Shown: positions 37,422 through 50,560, counted from the stretch's first letter. The stretch: 64,000 bases of DNA from Chrysemys picta bellii (GCF_011386835.1 NC_088799.1:99076001-99140000); one strand, 5' to 3'. Numbers and translations are program-made. The notes: generated from the sequence alone by a model not told the origin.

Positions 37422-39476
37422 ACGGAAAGTGAGGACCACTTTGTGTCTTCCCAGGATAAAGACTACAATCAGTCTTCTTCTCTGAGAAGGTGAAGAAATG
37501 AGATGACAGATCTACTAGCAGCTATATCCTGTTCAGGAAAATGGCTCTGGAAAACGGTTAGGTGAGTTGCTTGATTTCAGCTGAGGTAGATGAATGATTC
37601 ACCAATGAATTAACAAGCCAGTGTTTATTTTCTCTTTGCTCTCCTTTTGTCTTCTATCCTGTTTCAGGAAAAAGAGTTTTGTTCAGATAATCACGGTGAC
37701 ACTAAGGGCTGATGAAAGAGAGCCATGTGGAAACTGATCATTTTTTCAGATGATGTAATTCCACCAGTTTGATGGTGATTAGGTGGAGGAGGAATTTCAG
37801 CAACAGCCCTTATCTTACCAGGATGAATTCCAAGAAAGTATCTGCTTTGTATTATATTAACCACACTTTGAAAAACACTTATTACAGAGGAAGAAAGGTA
37901 ATAACCATGCAGAAAAATACCTGGAGATGTGTTTATTTGAAAAGATATTCATATTTTAAGACTTAACAGAAGTTTTTAAGTATCAAACTGATTATTTCAA
38001 AAGTGGGCCCCATCCTGAGCTGTTATGAAGCGGCTCCTGGAGCGAAGCCATTTTATACCTGCTGAGATATGGCCCATAGTTTCCAATTATTTTCATTGCA
38101 TTAAATTTGCACTGTTTCAAGTACTGGTGAGAAAATGACCCTTAAGTAACCAGATGACAGAGTATATCAGAATATAATAAATGCCGTCAATGCTCATCAA
38201 TGTGATGATGAATGAATTATATTTTGCAATGGACTTCTGCTTTGTTATGGATTTCCTTCACTACTAAATGGCACTTTACCTTTAATACTTCACTCGACAA
38301 GTGATTACTTAAATGAGTGCAAAGTAACAGGCTTGTTGGTCTCTATGACAGGCCATACATAATCACCATAGAAATATATAATTACACCTGTCAACCTCAT
38401 CTTTTGTAATTGATTCAATAACTAACAATGTCAGTAGTAGCAGGCTAAGCTTAGAGGTCTCACTCTGTGAAAATACTCATACATGGCTAAACATCTTGGT
38501 ATTTTAATTGCTTGTCATACTGCCAAGGTTCCTATATTGTATCTATCTCCACAGCAACAGAGTGGAATGAGAAAAGCACTTTTAATAACTGGAAATGTGA
38601 ATTTATAAACTTGTTCTTATTTTATAGCTCTTAAGGGCACCATGGAGAATTTTAAAGTCATCTGGAGATGAAGCTGAATTTGGGGGAAGTACAGTTTGTC
38701 TATCTGTGTATATCGTGTAACTATGTTATAAAACAAAACTAATCACATACAAGTTTGAAAAATCTTTGTAATTACCTATCAGAATAAATCAGCTCATGCT
38801 TGAAAGTGTAAACATGTCCAGTCTGACAAGAAGTTTTAATCTCAGTGCTTCTGGAGTAGCTGTGCGTAAACAACTTCCTGAGAACCGCACTTCCTAAATC
38901 GTTCAAACTGTGTGTGACTGTGGAAAAAAATAAATCAGTGTAACGTTTTAAAACACTTGTAGTCAGTGTTACACTGGCTGATATTTGTAAATTGCTTTGA
39001 AATTGAAAGGCTCTAATAGGCCAAATTCTCATCCCACGGAACTCAATGGCATACTCCCCTGGACTTCAACGGCAGCAGGATATGGAATGAAGTGCTAAGT
39101 ATTTTTACTATTGACTGTAGCCTGCTATATTTGTAAGTAAAGAGGGGAAAGAGAAGACTTATTGACCTGATTTCCAAAATTGATAGAGGAAGGCCTAATT
39201 GACTGGATTAGGGAGAACTGAGGCAGTGAAATGGGGAAGGGTGAGCTAACAGACTGAAGGGAAGAGGGAGATGAGGAGCCAATGGACAGTGGGGAGGGAT
39301 CGAGTTGATGAGAAAGAGACTTAATGGACTGGGGGAAAGAGGTGAATGTAATGCAGCGGTAGGAGGTGAAGAAATGAGGGGGAAAGTTGGAGAACTATTG
39401 GAATATTGGGAAAGGGTTAGTGCATGGACAGTTAATGCATTTAGATGGCTTCCTGTCATGAGGTGCTGTAGTGAGG

Positions 39477-40176
39477 CAGTGGCCCTCCTCCAGACTTGAG
39501 AGCAAGGCACCACTACCTTCCCACCCCACAGTGGGCAGAGCCAAACCTCGCCAGAAGTACCAGGGCGGGGCAGGAAGTTTAAAGGCAGGACCCTGCAGCA
39601 CAGTTGCAGCTGCACCGGGGAAAGAGATGGATGTCTCTTCTAGGGAGCCGAGCCTTCTGCAGGACCCTGGGCCAACAACTAGCAGCCCAATGCCCTACTG
39701 AGCGAAGAGACAGAGGACCCCAGGCAGTGGCTGAGGTGGCAAGACAGAGCCCGAGCTCGACGTAGCAACACAAACTAAGAGGGGTGGGAAGTAGCCAGGG
39801 GAACCAGACTTTGGTCAGGTTGTGCTGCCGGGAAGCAAGGCAGTGCATTTCAGTTTCCCCGCCGACCCAGTGGTGGGACCACCCTCCACTAACAGGACCT
39901 TGGGCTGTGACCCAATGGAGTAGGGTGGGCTCAGGTCCCCCTACCACTTAGTGCCACAACCCCACATCTGGGGATTGGCAACACACTCACCCCAGGCCTG
40001 ATTGACACCGCTGGGCCCAATCATGCACTGCCCCGTTTTGCACACCCCTGCCGCCAGCTCTGCACCCAGGGAAGGTGTCCCTCCCACCCCAGCCTAGTTA
40101 TCGCCCTGAGGATGTCACATGAGCCGCAGCTGTGTGCTGACTGGGTCACAAATGGCCCGTGGGTTGAGAACCACTG
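39477..40176. mobile_element. Composite GC-rich hAT-type remnants
   Basis: Ends cagtgg / gggttgagaaccactg, with an internal end cctagttatcgccctg (~40108); no TSD recovered. Confidence 0.4.
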
Positions 40177-41293
40177 CTCTAGGCTAATAATTGCTTATTG
40201 CTCTGCCTCACCCAGAGCCCGACATTGTTAACTGAGGTCAGCCCTAGCCAGGAGCTTACTGCTCTCCCTCGCCAGGGGCCAGAGCGTCACACTGTTCATG
40301 GCTGTTTGCACCAGCCAGGAGGCTGTGAGCTATAACCTGCTTGTTGCGTGGCCCCAGCCAGCAGGGCCCGAGCCCAACTACTGCTGCCTGATGCCGTGAG
40401 GCGGAGAGGCCTCTCTCCCCACTTGAGAGTGAAGGACCATGACACGTGCTCACTTCAGGATTTCAAAATTAATCTAACGATCGCATAAGCAAATTCTATG
40501 CACATTTCCCCCAGGCTTTTTGCTGTGCCAATGCAGAAGGGAGCCTCCGTCTCTGTGCTAAGAGTTGAAACAAACCATCTATAAGCAGAGCCTTCTAAGA
40601 TGCTGGAACAAAAGGGAAACAGTATCCACAAGATTCCTATCCACCTTTTCCCGCGTCGGTCACTGAGGAAGTCCTTTCTCCACCCGTTTACACTCACCCG
40701 TACAAAGCACAGCGACTCAGCAGGGGCAGGTGGAGTAAATATGGTTTGGGAGGCTGAGTGGCTAAACTACAGCAAAATGTCCCCATCCCCTTTCTTGCTT
40801 TAAAGAACTGATCAATCCGTCCTTCCCTCTCTGGTTGCTTCTGTTTCCTGTCTGCCCAGCTCTGCAGTTTTGGCCTTCAGCTTTTCAGTTCATTCAAATC
40901 CACATGAACGCAAGTCTTTAATAACCGGGGCAGGTGTGTTTCCAGAGCCGTTACACGGAGAAGAGGAGGCAATGACCATTTCCTTTTCAAAGCAATGATA
41001 CCAGATACTTTGGCAGTTAAATGCTCCAGAAGAGCCGCTCAGTAGAGAGCCTGTGCGACTGCCGTGCTCGTTGCAGCGTGGTTCTGTGTTGAAGGAACAC
41101 AGGAGGTGGGCGGAGACCAGATGTTGTAGCATTGTTCATACTGAATACATGAGAGAGGACAAAAATAAAGAACAATATGCATCTGTTTGGCTTCTTGGCT
41201 TAATTTGCTAAAAATAAAGCCCAATCCATGCCAGAATCTAGAAAACGATTAAAAGACAGTGACAAACACCAGTTCCCTGGGTGTCATTGTCCG

Positions 41294-41638
41294 CACAGGT
41301 GCCGACTCCAGGGCTGGAGCACCCACAGAAAAAAATGTGTGGGTGCTTAGAGCCCACTGGCAGCCAGCTCCCCACTCCTCTTGCCCAGCGCCTCCCACCC
41401 GCCCACGATCAGCTGTTCTACGGCATGCAGGAGGTTCTGGGAGGGAGCGGGAGGAGCGAGGATGGAAGGTGCTCGGGGGAGGGGGAAGAACTGGGCGGGA
41501 AGAGGCAGGGTAGGGGTGGGGCCTTGGGGGAAGGGGAGGAGTGGGGGTGGGTCCTGGGGTAGGGGTGGGGTGGGAAGGCTTGGGGGAAGGGGTAGGGCCT
41601 AGGGTTTGGGGGGGGGAGGAAAAAGCCGGCGCCTCATG
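41294..41638. mobile_element. hAT-type MITE, G-rich
   Basis: Imperfect TIR cacaggtgccgact / agccggcgcctcatg; G-run-rich interior; no TSD seen. Confidence 0.5.
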
Positions 41639-42561
41639 GACATTCTATTCCAAGAGGGAACTTTACATAAAGAATCAGAAATAAAAAATAATCACCTGCA
41701 AAGCCTAGCATGGTCTCCTCTTCTCATGCTGACGGCCCACAGTATGAAGAAAAGAAAAAGGAGACCATTAGTGCCAATCTTTCCCATTGAAAAATGTATC
41801 AGTAGAGATTTTGTACACAACAAAATTCAACATTCAGAGCAGAGGGGAAGAATATTGATTTGATCCTTACAGAGCCAGGGAACTTTAAGCCTTTATGGAT
41901 GTGCCATAGGCAGTTCCTAAACAAGCTACAACCAGAACTCTGGCATGGACAAAAGTCAGTTCATTCCTGATTGCTTGCAAACTTAAAAGGTGTTCATGTG
42001 TCAAGTCAGTACTGAGAGAGCTAACTCATATGAAATGTTGTTGTGTCTGTATCTCCCTGTTTCAGCAGTTATTATTTGCAGACACGATGGATTCATAGAT
42101 TTTAAGGCCAGAAGGGACAGCTGTAATTATCTAGTTTGACCTCCTACATAGTACAGCCAAAGAATTTAAACTACTAAGTCCTGCATCCAGCCCGCTGATA
42201 TGTTAGTGAACTAGAACCTCTCTTAGTGCGCTAATTGCTTCAGATGATAGACTCTGGATAAAGTTTTCCTACTTTCTTCTGTACTAGTAGAATTTTACCA
42301 AGAGTACTGTGTGTTACGATATAATTTTCCCTTTCCCTGACTGGTGAACAGACATCTGGTAATGACATAGTGTTTGCGTACCGTATATAGCTGAGCTATT
42401 CAACTTCCCCCTTTACGCAGACTGGTGGCGAAATCTTGGGGCTTTTAAAACTTTGTCAAGTGTAATGGTCACTAGGCGGTCTGTTGGGAAGAGAAGTTCC
42501 CTGCTCCTTTCTCCTGCTGTATATCAGCACAGTTCTGTTGAAGTAAATGGAGCTACACTGA

Positions 42562-42836
42562 GGGCTGGTCTACACTAACGTGGTAAATCGATCTAACTTA
42601 CGCAACTTCAGTTACGTGAATAACACAACTGAAGTCGATGTAGTTAGATCCACTTACCGCGGTGGATACACTGCGCTGTGTCGATGGCAGAGCATCTCCC
42701 ATCGACTTCCCTTATGCTTCTCGGGGAGGTGAAGTGCTCTCCCATCGATTTAGCATGCCTTCACCAGACCCACTAAATCGACACTCGCTGCATTGATTGC
42801 AGCAGTGCCGATCTACCGGTAAGTGTAGACATGTCC
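42562..42836. mobile_element. PIF/Harbinger-type MITE inserted in a Chompy-like repeat
   Basis: Ends gggctggtctacact / agtgtagacatgtcc; 3-bp TSD TGA on both sides. Confidence 0.85.
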
Positions 42837-42892
42837 TGATTTAAAGCAGCTGTAGATCTGTCTCATAATAAGAAAACAAATAATAATAGGCA

Positions 42893-43950
42893 TGTAACAG
42901 GGTAGCTGGCCCACTAAAGGAAACTGGGCTTAGCTCTCCTATTCCAGTCCAGATGCTCCCTGTTTGGGCCAATTAAGATGACAGGGAAGCATCTGGGAAA
43001 CTATAAAAAGCCTGAGACTGAGTTTAGAGGCTCAGAGCAGGTTGGTTCAGTCGGGAAGAGTGGTTCCTGGGAGAGGGCTGAAAGCAGGAGAGCAGCAAGA
43101 GGTTTGCTGGCTGCTGCCCCTGAGCCAGGGTCAGAGGACTGAAGACTGGAAGGAGCAGCAGAGGCAGATGCCCTCTAGCTCTACACTGGAAAGCCAGAGC
43201 CAAGGGGCAGAGGGCTGAAGGGAGGGGCTTACCCAGCAGCGTCTCCTTGTCAGCAAGCTGGGGCCTAGAGGAATCAGGAGGGTCCTAGCAGAGAGGCTGT
43301 GAGAGTTCCCACTGGGAAGTGTGGGGTTGTGCCCCAGAAGGAAGGATTGGGGTGGCTGTCCTGGTGCAAAGACAGAGGATGACTGATAAAGAATCATAGA
43401 ATCATAGAATATCAGGGTTGGAAGGGACCTCAGGAGGTCATCTAGTCCAACTCCCTGCTCAAAGCAGGACCAATTCCCAACTAAATCATCTCAGCCAGGG
43501 CTTTGTCACACTGGGCCTTAAAAACCTCCAAGGAAGGAGACTCCACCACCTCCCTAGGTAACGCATTCCAGTGCTTCACCACCCTCCTAATGAAATAGTG
43601 TTTCCTAATATCTAACCTAGACCTCCCCCATTGCAACTTGAGACCATTGCTCCTTGTTCTGTCATCTGCCACCACTGATGACAGAATGCAATTCTGGCAG
43701 AAGCCACCAGGTTGGTGCGAGCAGAGCTGAGTTTTTAAAGACTACATGCAAAGGGTTGATGTGGACTACATTGTGGGACTTTTGGTTTGGGGCTTTTGTT
43801 CTGTGTTTTGGTTAATAAACCAAGAGGGACTTAAGGACATGCATGTATTGGACTTACTGTGAACTCAAGAGGAAAACTGAGGCAAGGGGCCACTTGTAAG
43901 GCTGCCCTGGGGCCAGGAGGAGGTGCCTGGAAGGAGTTCACTTATTTACA
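42893..43950. mobile_element. Solo LTR interrupted by CR1
   Basis: tgtaac...ttaca termini; flanks aggca/atgca (4/5); TATA-like ctataaaaag near 43001. Confidence 0.65.
43390..43678 (-). mobile_element. CR1 3' end, young, near-identical to 724-1010
   Basis: catagaatcatagaat terminus; ORF 43481..43675 [24 protein letters not shown]. Confidence 0.93.
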
Positions 43951-44299
43951 ATGCAACTGAGGAGCGTGTATGGCTTCACCTCCCCATTCCCATGAGCAGG
44001 CCACTGCATACGCTACAGTTGCCATCACATACTAGGCAAAAATTTTCCAGCGCAGCAGGCTAGTGTGGTCCCAGGCCTGCCCTAAGGGATCCTGGACTGG
44101 ACAGGTGGCTTCCTGAAGGATGCATTTACCAGATACTTTCAATCCATAACAGCACTGGCCAGGGAAAGATTCAACCTAAATTATTATACAACATCTACTA
44201 TGCTTTCTGTAGAATTAAATATTTCTCTTCTATATTTGGGGGGAAACAGATGATATAGTCATCATATGGTGATGAGAACACTCTTTCCACCAGTATCTC

Positions 44300-45805
44300 T
44301 GGAGGATGTCAAATAGAGACTTCTAAAGTCAGTCATTTTAAAATCAGCAGATCCAGATAACTTGCACCCAAGAGTCTTAAAAGAGTTGGCTGAGGAGCCT
44401 TGGAGCACTGAGGAAGTTGCAGAAGAGTGGAAGAAATCTAATGTTATGCCTTTTTTTAAAAAAGATAAACAGGATGACCTGGGTAATTATAGACCAGTCA
44501 GTCTGACATCGATCCCTGGAAAGATAATATAGCAGCTGATACTGGACTTGATTCATAAAGAATTGAAGGAGGGTAATGTAATTAATGAAAATCAACATGG
44601 GTTTATGGAAAACAGATCCTGTCAAATTAACCTAATAGCTGGTTTTTTTAATGGGATTACAAGTTTGGTTCATAAAGGTAGCAGTGTTGATGTAATACTT
44701 AGACTTCTCCAGGGCATTTGGCTTGGTACCACACAATATTTTGATTAAAAAACTAGAATGATATAAAATTAATGTGGCACACAAGTGGATTAAAAACTGC
44801 CTAAATGATCAACCTCAAAATGTCATTGTAAGCAGAGATTTGTCATCAAGCAGGTATGTTTCCAGTGTGGCCCTGCAGGGATCAGTTCTTGGCCCTATGC
44901 TATTTAACATTCTTATCAATGACCTGCGAGAAAACATAAAATCATCACTGATAAAGTTTGCAGAAAACATAAAAATTGGGGGAGTGGTAAATAATGAAGA
45001 GGACAGGTCACTGCTCCAGAGCGATCAGGGCACAAGCAAACAATGTATGTTTTAATATGGTTAAATGTAAATGTACACATCTAGGAACAAAGAATGTAGG
45101 CCAGACTTACAGGATGGAGGATTCCATCCTGGGAAGCAGTGCCTCTGAAAAAGATTGGGGTTTTTTGGTGAACACGAGCTCCCAGTGTTGTCAGAGAAGC
45201 TAATACGATCCTGGGACACATAAGCAGGGGAATCTAGAATAGGAGTGGAGAGGTTATTTCACCTCTATATTTGGCACTGGTACAACCATTGCTGGAATAC
45301 TGTGCCCAGTTCTGATTCACAATTCAAGAAGGATATTGTTAAATTGAAGAGAGTTCATTGAAGAGACACGAGAATGATTAAAGGATTAGAAAACATGCCT
45401 TATAGAGATAGACTTAAAGAGCTCAATCTATTTGGCTTACAAAAGAGAAGGTCAAGGGGTGACTTGATTACAGCCCATAAGTATCTACATGGGGTACAAA
45501 TACTTAATAATTGGCTCTTCGTTCTAGCAGAGAAAGGTATAACATGATCCAATGGCTGGAACTTGAAGCTAGTCAAATTCAGAATAGAAATAAGGTGTAC
45601 ATTTTAAACAGTGATTTAAGCAGTGCAATAATTTACCAAGGGTCGTGGTGGAGTCTCCATCACTGACTATTGTTAAATCAAGATGGGAAATTTTTCTAAA
45701 AAATATGCTCTAGGAATTATTGTGGGGAAGTTGTATGGCCTGTGTTATACAAGAGAACAGACTAGATCATCACAATGGTCCCTTATGGCCTTGGAATCGA
45801 TGAAA
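44300..45805 (+). mobile_element. CR1 ORF2 RT to 3' end, degraded (~1.5 kb)
   Basis: Fragmented ORFs NQHGFMENRSCQINL, LQGSVLGPMLFNILINDL, LIKFAENIKIGG (FADD box decayed); 3' end ctagatcatcacaatggtcccttatggccttggaatcgatgaa. Confidence 0.9.
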
Positions 45806-46208
45806 GACGCAATAGACAAGGGAGCAGTCTTAGTTCATGGCATATAAGATTGAAAATAAAAACAATACTCAAAAATCCATCGTCCCATCCACATCGAGTA
45901 AACATTGTTCTACTTTATACAGGTTCTTGCATCGTGCTCTTCACCCTGGTATCTAAGCACTTTCCCGTAGCGCATTAGGCAACATGATTAATATCTGTCA
46001 CATGTTGCCAAGTGTCACTCACTCTATGGGGTATCTCTGCTTCAGGATATTGGTGGAACAACATCCTGGGGACTTTATGATGTTGAATACCACCATTCAG
46101 TGAAAATCCTGAAAGTTAGAAACCCAACTGGTAGGGGAACAATTTTTGTTGTTGTTGCTAATTATGCTCATTTTTCCTACCAGTCCGAATAAAAGACATA
46201 GCTCCCCT

Positions 46209-46297
46209 TGTATGCAGTGTTGTTGTAGCCATGTCAGTCTCTCTCACCAACAGAAGTCAGTCCAATAAAAGATATTACCTCACCCATCTGGTCTTCT
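46209..46297 (+). mobile_element. Mini-insert of PLE family 2 (inverted tail plus sense pLTR end)
   Basis: tgtatgcagtgttgttgtagccatgt joined to gtctctctcaccaacagaag...cacccatctggtc; near-TSD atagctcccct / atagtcccct. Confidence 0.6.
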
Positions 46298-46394
46298 ATA
46301 GTCCCCTTGACAGGTACAATCTGAAAAAAAAATGAAAATGGCATAATATTAATGTTTAAAATAATAACAATTACAATTGCTTCAGTTTAAGAGA

Positions 46395-46650
46395 GAGGGG
46401 ATGGTTAGCACACTAGCCTTAGCCCTAGGACTTGGGAGACCCAAGTTCAATTCCCAGTTCCACCACGGACTTCCTATCTGTCGTCAGCAAAGGGAAAGTC
46501 ACTCAGTCTCTCTGCTTACAGATGGGAAACTGAGGCAATGAGAATAGTAGCACTGCCCTGCTTCAGAGGGTTATTGTGAGGATAACATTAGAAGATTGTG
46601 AAGCACTTTGATAGTTACTCATGCAAAGTGCTATATAAAAGCTAGGTATT
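46395..46650 (+). mobile_element. MIR/CORE-SINE-like element
   Basis: ggatggttagcacactagcc...gttcaattcccag...aagtcactcagtctctct...ttgtgaggataa...gtgctatataaaagctagg. Confidence 0.65.
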
Positions 46651-46699
46651 CTTATAAAACATTTTAAGAGATGATTACTAATTTTAACAGTTTTTAAAT

Positions 46700-46800
46700 C
46701 ATAGAAATCATAGAACATCAGGGCTGGAAGGGACCTCAGGAGGTCATTTAGTCCAACCCCCTGCTCAAAGCAGGACCAATCCCCAGACAGATTTTTACCC
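46700..46800 (-). mobile_element. CR1/Cry-SINE shared 3' tail fragment
   Basis: catagaaatcatagaacatcagggctggaagggacctcaggaggtc...caggaccaatccccagacag. Confidence 0.8.
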
Positions 46801-48502
46801 CTCCCCCCAAAAATAATAGTTGAGTATCTTCACTGAGTAATTCAGTAAAAGGAAAGACCTATGGCATAATTCCTCATTGAATAGAAAGCCTTCCTGAAGT
46901 GAGTAGGAACATTATCTGAGTAGGAGTGTAGGCTACCATATTGCCAGCCAAATGCTCAGCTGGTGTAAATCGGAATAATCCTATGGACTTCAGGGGAGTT
47001 ATGATGGTTTACACTGAGGATCTGGCCCAATATTTGCAGCTGAATTTTGAAGCAACATACAAAGCCTAATTCAACTCCCATTAAAGTCACAGAAAGTCTC
47101 CAACTGATTTCAATGGATGGAGGAGATCAGGTCCACATTGAGTACTGACTACAATTCAGATGGACAGTATGATTGCTTTTACACTGTTAAACAGCAGCTT
47201 CTTATTCAACATTATTTATGTCCTTGCAATGCAAGAAATTCTGATCACACAGTCAAATAGCTCTCCATTTGCATCTTTGATTGGCATGATGAGAGCTGCA
47301 GAGCAGGGTTTGAATATGTATTACACAGAGCAGCAGTCCACAAAAACTGGCAGGTTGTGGTAAGGCAATCAGGCAGCATAAAGATACTGAAATGCAATTC
47401 CTGGGAGAAAGGGATCATTAAGTGCTTAACAAGCATCACTCTTTGTTATATCTGTTTTAGTGATGTTAGTATAATTTTAATTGTTACCATCCAATCTGTT
47501 GTGATAGGTTTAGAATTATCAAGATGATAAATATTTTATGGTGACATTTGAACAATCAGAAAGATTAGCTGCAAAGCCCTCCAACCAATAGCCCAGTTCT
47601 TGTGAATAGACCAAAAAAAGGATCTTTTTTCTCTACTGAACAAAGAAAGATCAACACAATTCAATATTAAAATAAGGTAATTACATAGGCAGCTAACTAA
47701 TAACTCACACACCCTATATTTTGTCACACATTTTCAACCAGTCAATTACATTATATAATATTCTAAATGTGCTAGATTTAATATAGTTATCTACAGTGTC
47801 TAATCCTGCAAACACTTACTATTGGGTATAGCATGTGTTATGATAAGTAGCAGAATGCCCCAAAGTGTTTGTAGAATCAGAACCTTAGTTCGGGCTGAGA
47901 AAACAAAAATAAAGCGTAGATTTTTATAGAAAACACAAGTTCCAGAAGCCTCCCTAGCAACAATTAACAGCAACATGTAACTCAACTCTAATTTGTTAGT
48001 GCTGTTTTAATGTATTGGCATTAAGCAGTGACGTTAATGCAGTTTTGGGTTTTCAGCAAGGTATTTAAGCAGGCACTCAGTGACTTCAATGGGATGACTC
48101 ATCTGCTTAAACTTAGGCATCTACTTGAGTACCTTGTTGAATCAGGGCTTTAAGAATTATTTGCAAATGAGCCATAATTAAATTAAAACCAGCACAGTAG
48201 CAAGTAATAAAAAGAGTTAAACATTATCCAGAACATCACAGGCGGAAACTGTAATTATTGCCATATGAAACATGGAAGCACTAGGGTTTAACACTCTTGT
48301 AAGAAAGGCCTACGGAAGCCTTGGAAATTCAAGGCTACAATCGCTCATATATATGCGTCACAGCTGCTTGGGAGTTGAGGGAAATCAGAACTTCACAGGA
48401 TTGGGTCCTTTGCATAACAAAGCTTGGTGTTATTTAATCAATATGATTTTTTTTAAAAAAAATCTAATTACTTCATGTTTTTATTTTGGGGAAAAATAAC
48501 TT

Positions 48503-48641
48503 CAGGGCCGGATTTAGGGGCAGGCGACCCCTGGGGTGCCTGGCTGGGAGTGCTGTAAGGTATTCAAAAGTTTAACAATTGGCGGGAGGGCACCAGAGAC
48601 GTTCCTCACCTGGGACGCTATTTGGTCTAGGGCCGGCCCTG
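48503..48641. mobile_element. hAT MITE
   Basis: TIR cagggccgg / ccggccctg; flanks aataactt / aacacctt (6/8). Confidence 0.7.
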
Positions 48642-49656
48642 AACACCTTTGATTGGCTCATGCTCCTTTTATAGCCCTTTGGCCCTATCCAGTGTCCTGG
48701 TGAGGTGTAAAGTCATACATCTGGGAACAAGGAATGCTGGCCCTATCTGCAGAATGCGGGACTGTATGCTGCCAAGCAGTGACTGAAAAGCATTTACAGG
48801 TCATAGTGAACCAGCAATTCATATTTTGAGGGGGAACCTTTTCTCTAAAAAATAAAAGTATTATTTCCTGTGAGAAGAATAAGCTGCCCCAGATGTTTTT
48901 GATTAATCTCTATGTGCTAGTTAATGAAGACATTGTGTGCCTGACTGGTTGATATGGCCATCAAGGATGTTGCTCTCATCAATTCTGCTGTCCCAAAATA
49001 TGAGAGATTGAGTTGACATCTGATCCCAGATCTCTCCAACAGCCCAGCCATTCACCAATGCAGTGGAATCGGTGGTGATTAATTTTATACCTACAGATCA
49101 ACAGATCCCAGTTCATTAGGAATTTCAGGTGGTTTTTTCCAAAGTCTTCTGCATTGGCCTAACTCTGCCTCACTGCTGAATCCAAGTAAGGCCAATGCAG
49201 AAGGCTTTGGTGGGGGGGAGGGAAATCACACCCATTCAGCAAAATCTCTTCTTATGGCATAAACTCTGAAGCCCCAGCTTCAGTGCTCATCAAGGGGTCC
49301 ATTCTCCAGGTATAAGAACCAATGGCTGGATGCTGAAGCTAGACAAATTAGGCACAAATTACGAGAGACACCAGGTAGGTGAGGTAATATCTTTTATTTT
49401 ATTTATTGTCCAAGAAAATATATGTCCTCCCCTATCTTGTCTCGGTCATATCCTGGGAGCAGCCTGGCTAGAACAATGCTCCAAACCACAGATTTTTAAC
49501 AGTGAGGGTGATTAGCTATTGGAACAAACCACCCAAGGAAGAGGTGGATTCTGGATCTCTTGATTCCTTCCTGGAAGAGATGCGTTAACCAAACACAAGC
49601 TGTTGAGCTCGATAAAGCAGTAACCTGTTGAAATGTAATGGCCTGTGACATACAGG

Positions 49657-49780
49657 TAGGGTGACCAGATGTCCTGATTTTATAGGGACAGTCCCGATTT
49701 TTGGGTCTTTTTCCTATATAGGCTCCTATTACCCCCCCACCCTCGTCCCGATTTTTCACATTTGCTGTCTGGTCACCCTA
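49657..49780. mobile_element. hAT (Blackjack, MER81-like) MITE, 124 bp
   Basis: Perfect TIR tagggtgaccaga / tctggtcacccta; perfect 8-bp TSD CATACAGG. Confidence 0.93.
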
Positions 49781-49787
49781 CATACAG

Positions 49788-50010
49788 GAGGTCAGACTTG
49801 ATTGTCCCTTCTACTAGCCTTGAACTCTATGAATCCAATGAAATTCAAAAGCTACAAATTTGAGACTGATTAAAGGAAACACTTAAAAAAAAAAAAAAGC
49901 ATGCATAGATTAACCTGTGGAGCTACTTGCCACTAGTTAGCACTGAGGCCAAGAGCTCAGTAGGATTCAAAAAAGTATTAGGCTTATGTGGATAGCAAGA
50001 GCATCCACAG
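49788..50010 (+). mobile_element. CR1 3'-region fragments
   Basis: gaggtcagacttgattgtcccttct...ctatgaatc and gattaacctgtggagctacttgccac...ggattcaaaaaag. Confidence 0.5.
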
Positions 50011-50249
50011 TTATGACACAAAGAATAAAAAAAAATGACAATTGATATAAACACATGCTTCATGGCAGCAGCCAATCATTCACTGACTGGGTCAGGAAGA
50101 AACGTCCCCTGTGGAAAAATGCGTCTATTATTATCCACTGCGACATTTTTCACACCTTCCTCTGAAACATCTAGCACTGGCCACTACCAGCGGCTGGATA
50201 TTGGACATAATGCAATACAAAAATATTCAAAAGATAGAGAGTCAATAAT

Positions 50250-50560
50250 ATACTAAAATCAATAAAGAGGTTCTAAGGCAACATTTGGAGGCAGGAAGTG
50301 ACTCAGCAACTCGGAGGTAGAGGGGGCAAGTTCCAAATACTTGGGAGAGTACAAGTGAAAGATAAACAGCCCACCTATGAAAAGTCAGAGGGGGGAGATC
50401 AGGGGGCAGCCAAAGTGAGTGGGTGAAGAGGTGGTGGATGAGAGTTGAGCGCAGAAAGGTAGTGCAGTCCAAAGTCTATGGAGAGCTTTGGAAATTAGAA
50501 AGGGCAATACTGAATTAGATGTCTGGATGTCTAGGAAACCAGCAAAGGTGATGGAGGATG
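50250..50560 (-). mobile_element. L2-like LINE remnant
   Basis: agggggcaagttccaaatacttggg...ccaaagtctatggagagctttggaaattag...aggaaaccagcaaag. Confidence 0.4.

Noticed and set aside
37621-37800. Strong plus-strand pyrimidine tract and acceptor at ~37667
   Set aside because: All frames close and no clear donor follows.
41500-41620. Dense G-runs (G-quadruplex potential); also ~3570-3600
   Set aside because: The main cluster is the interior of a MITE family, and such runs are common in turtle repeats.
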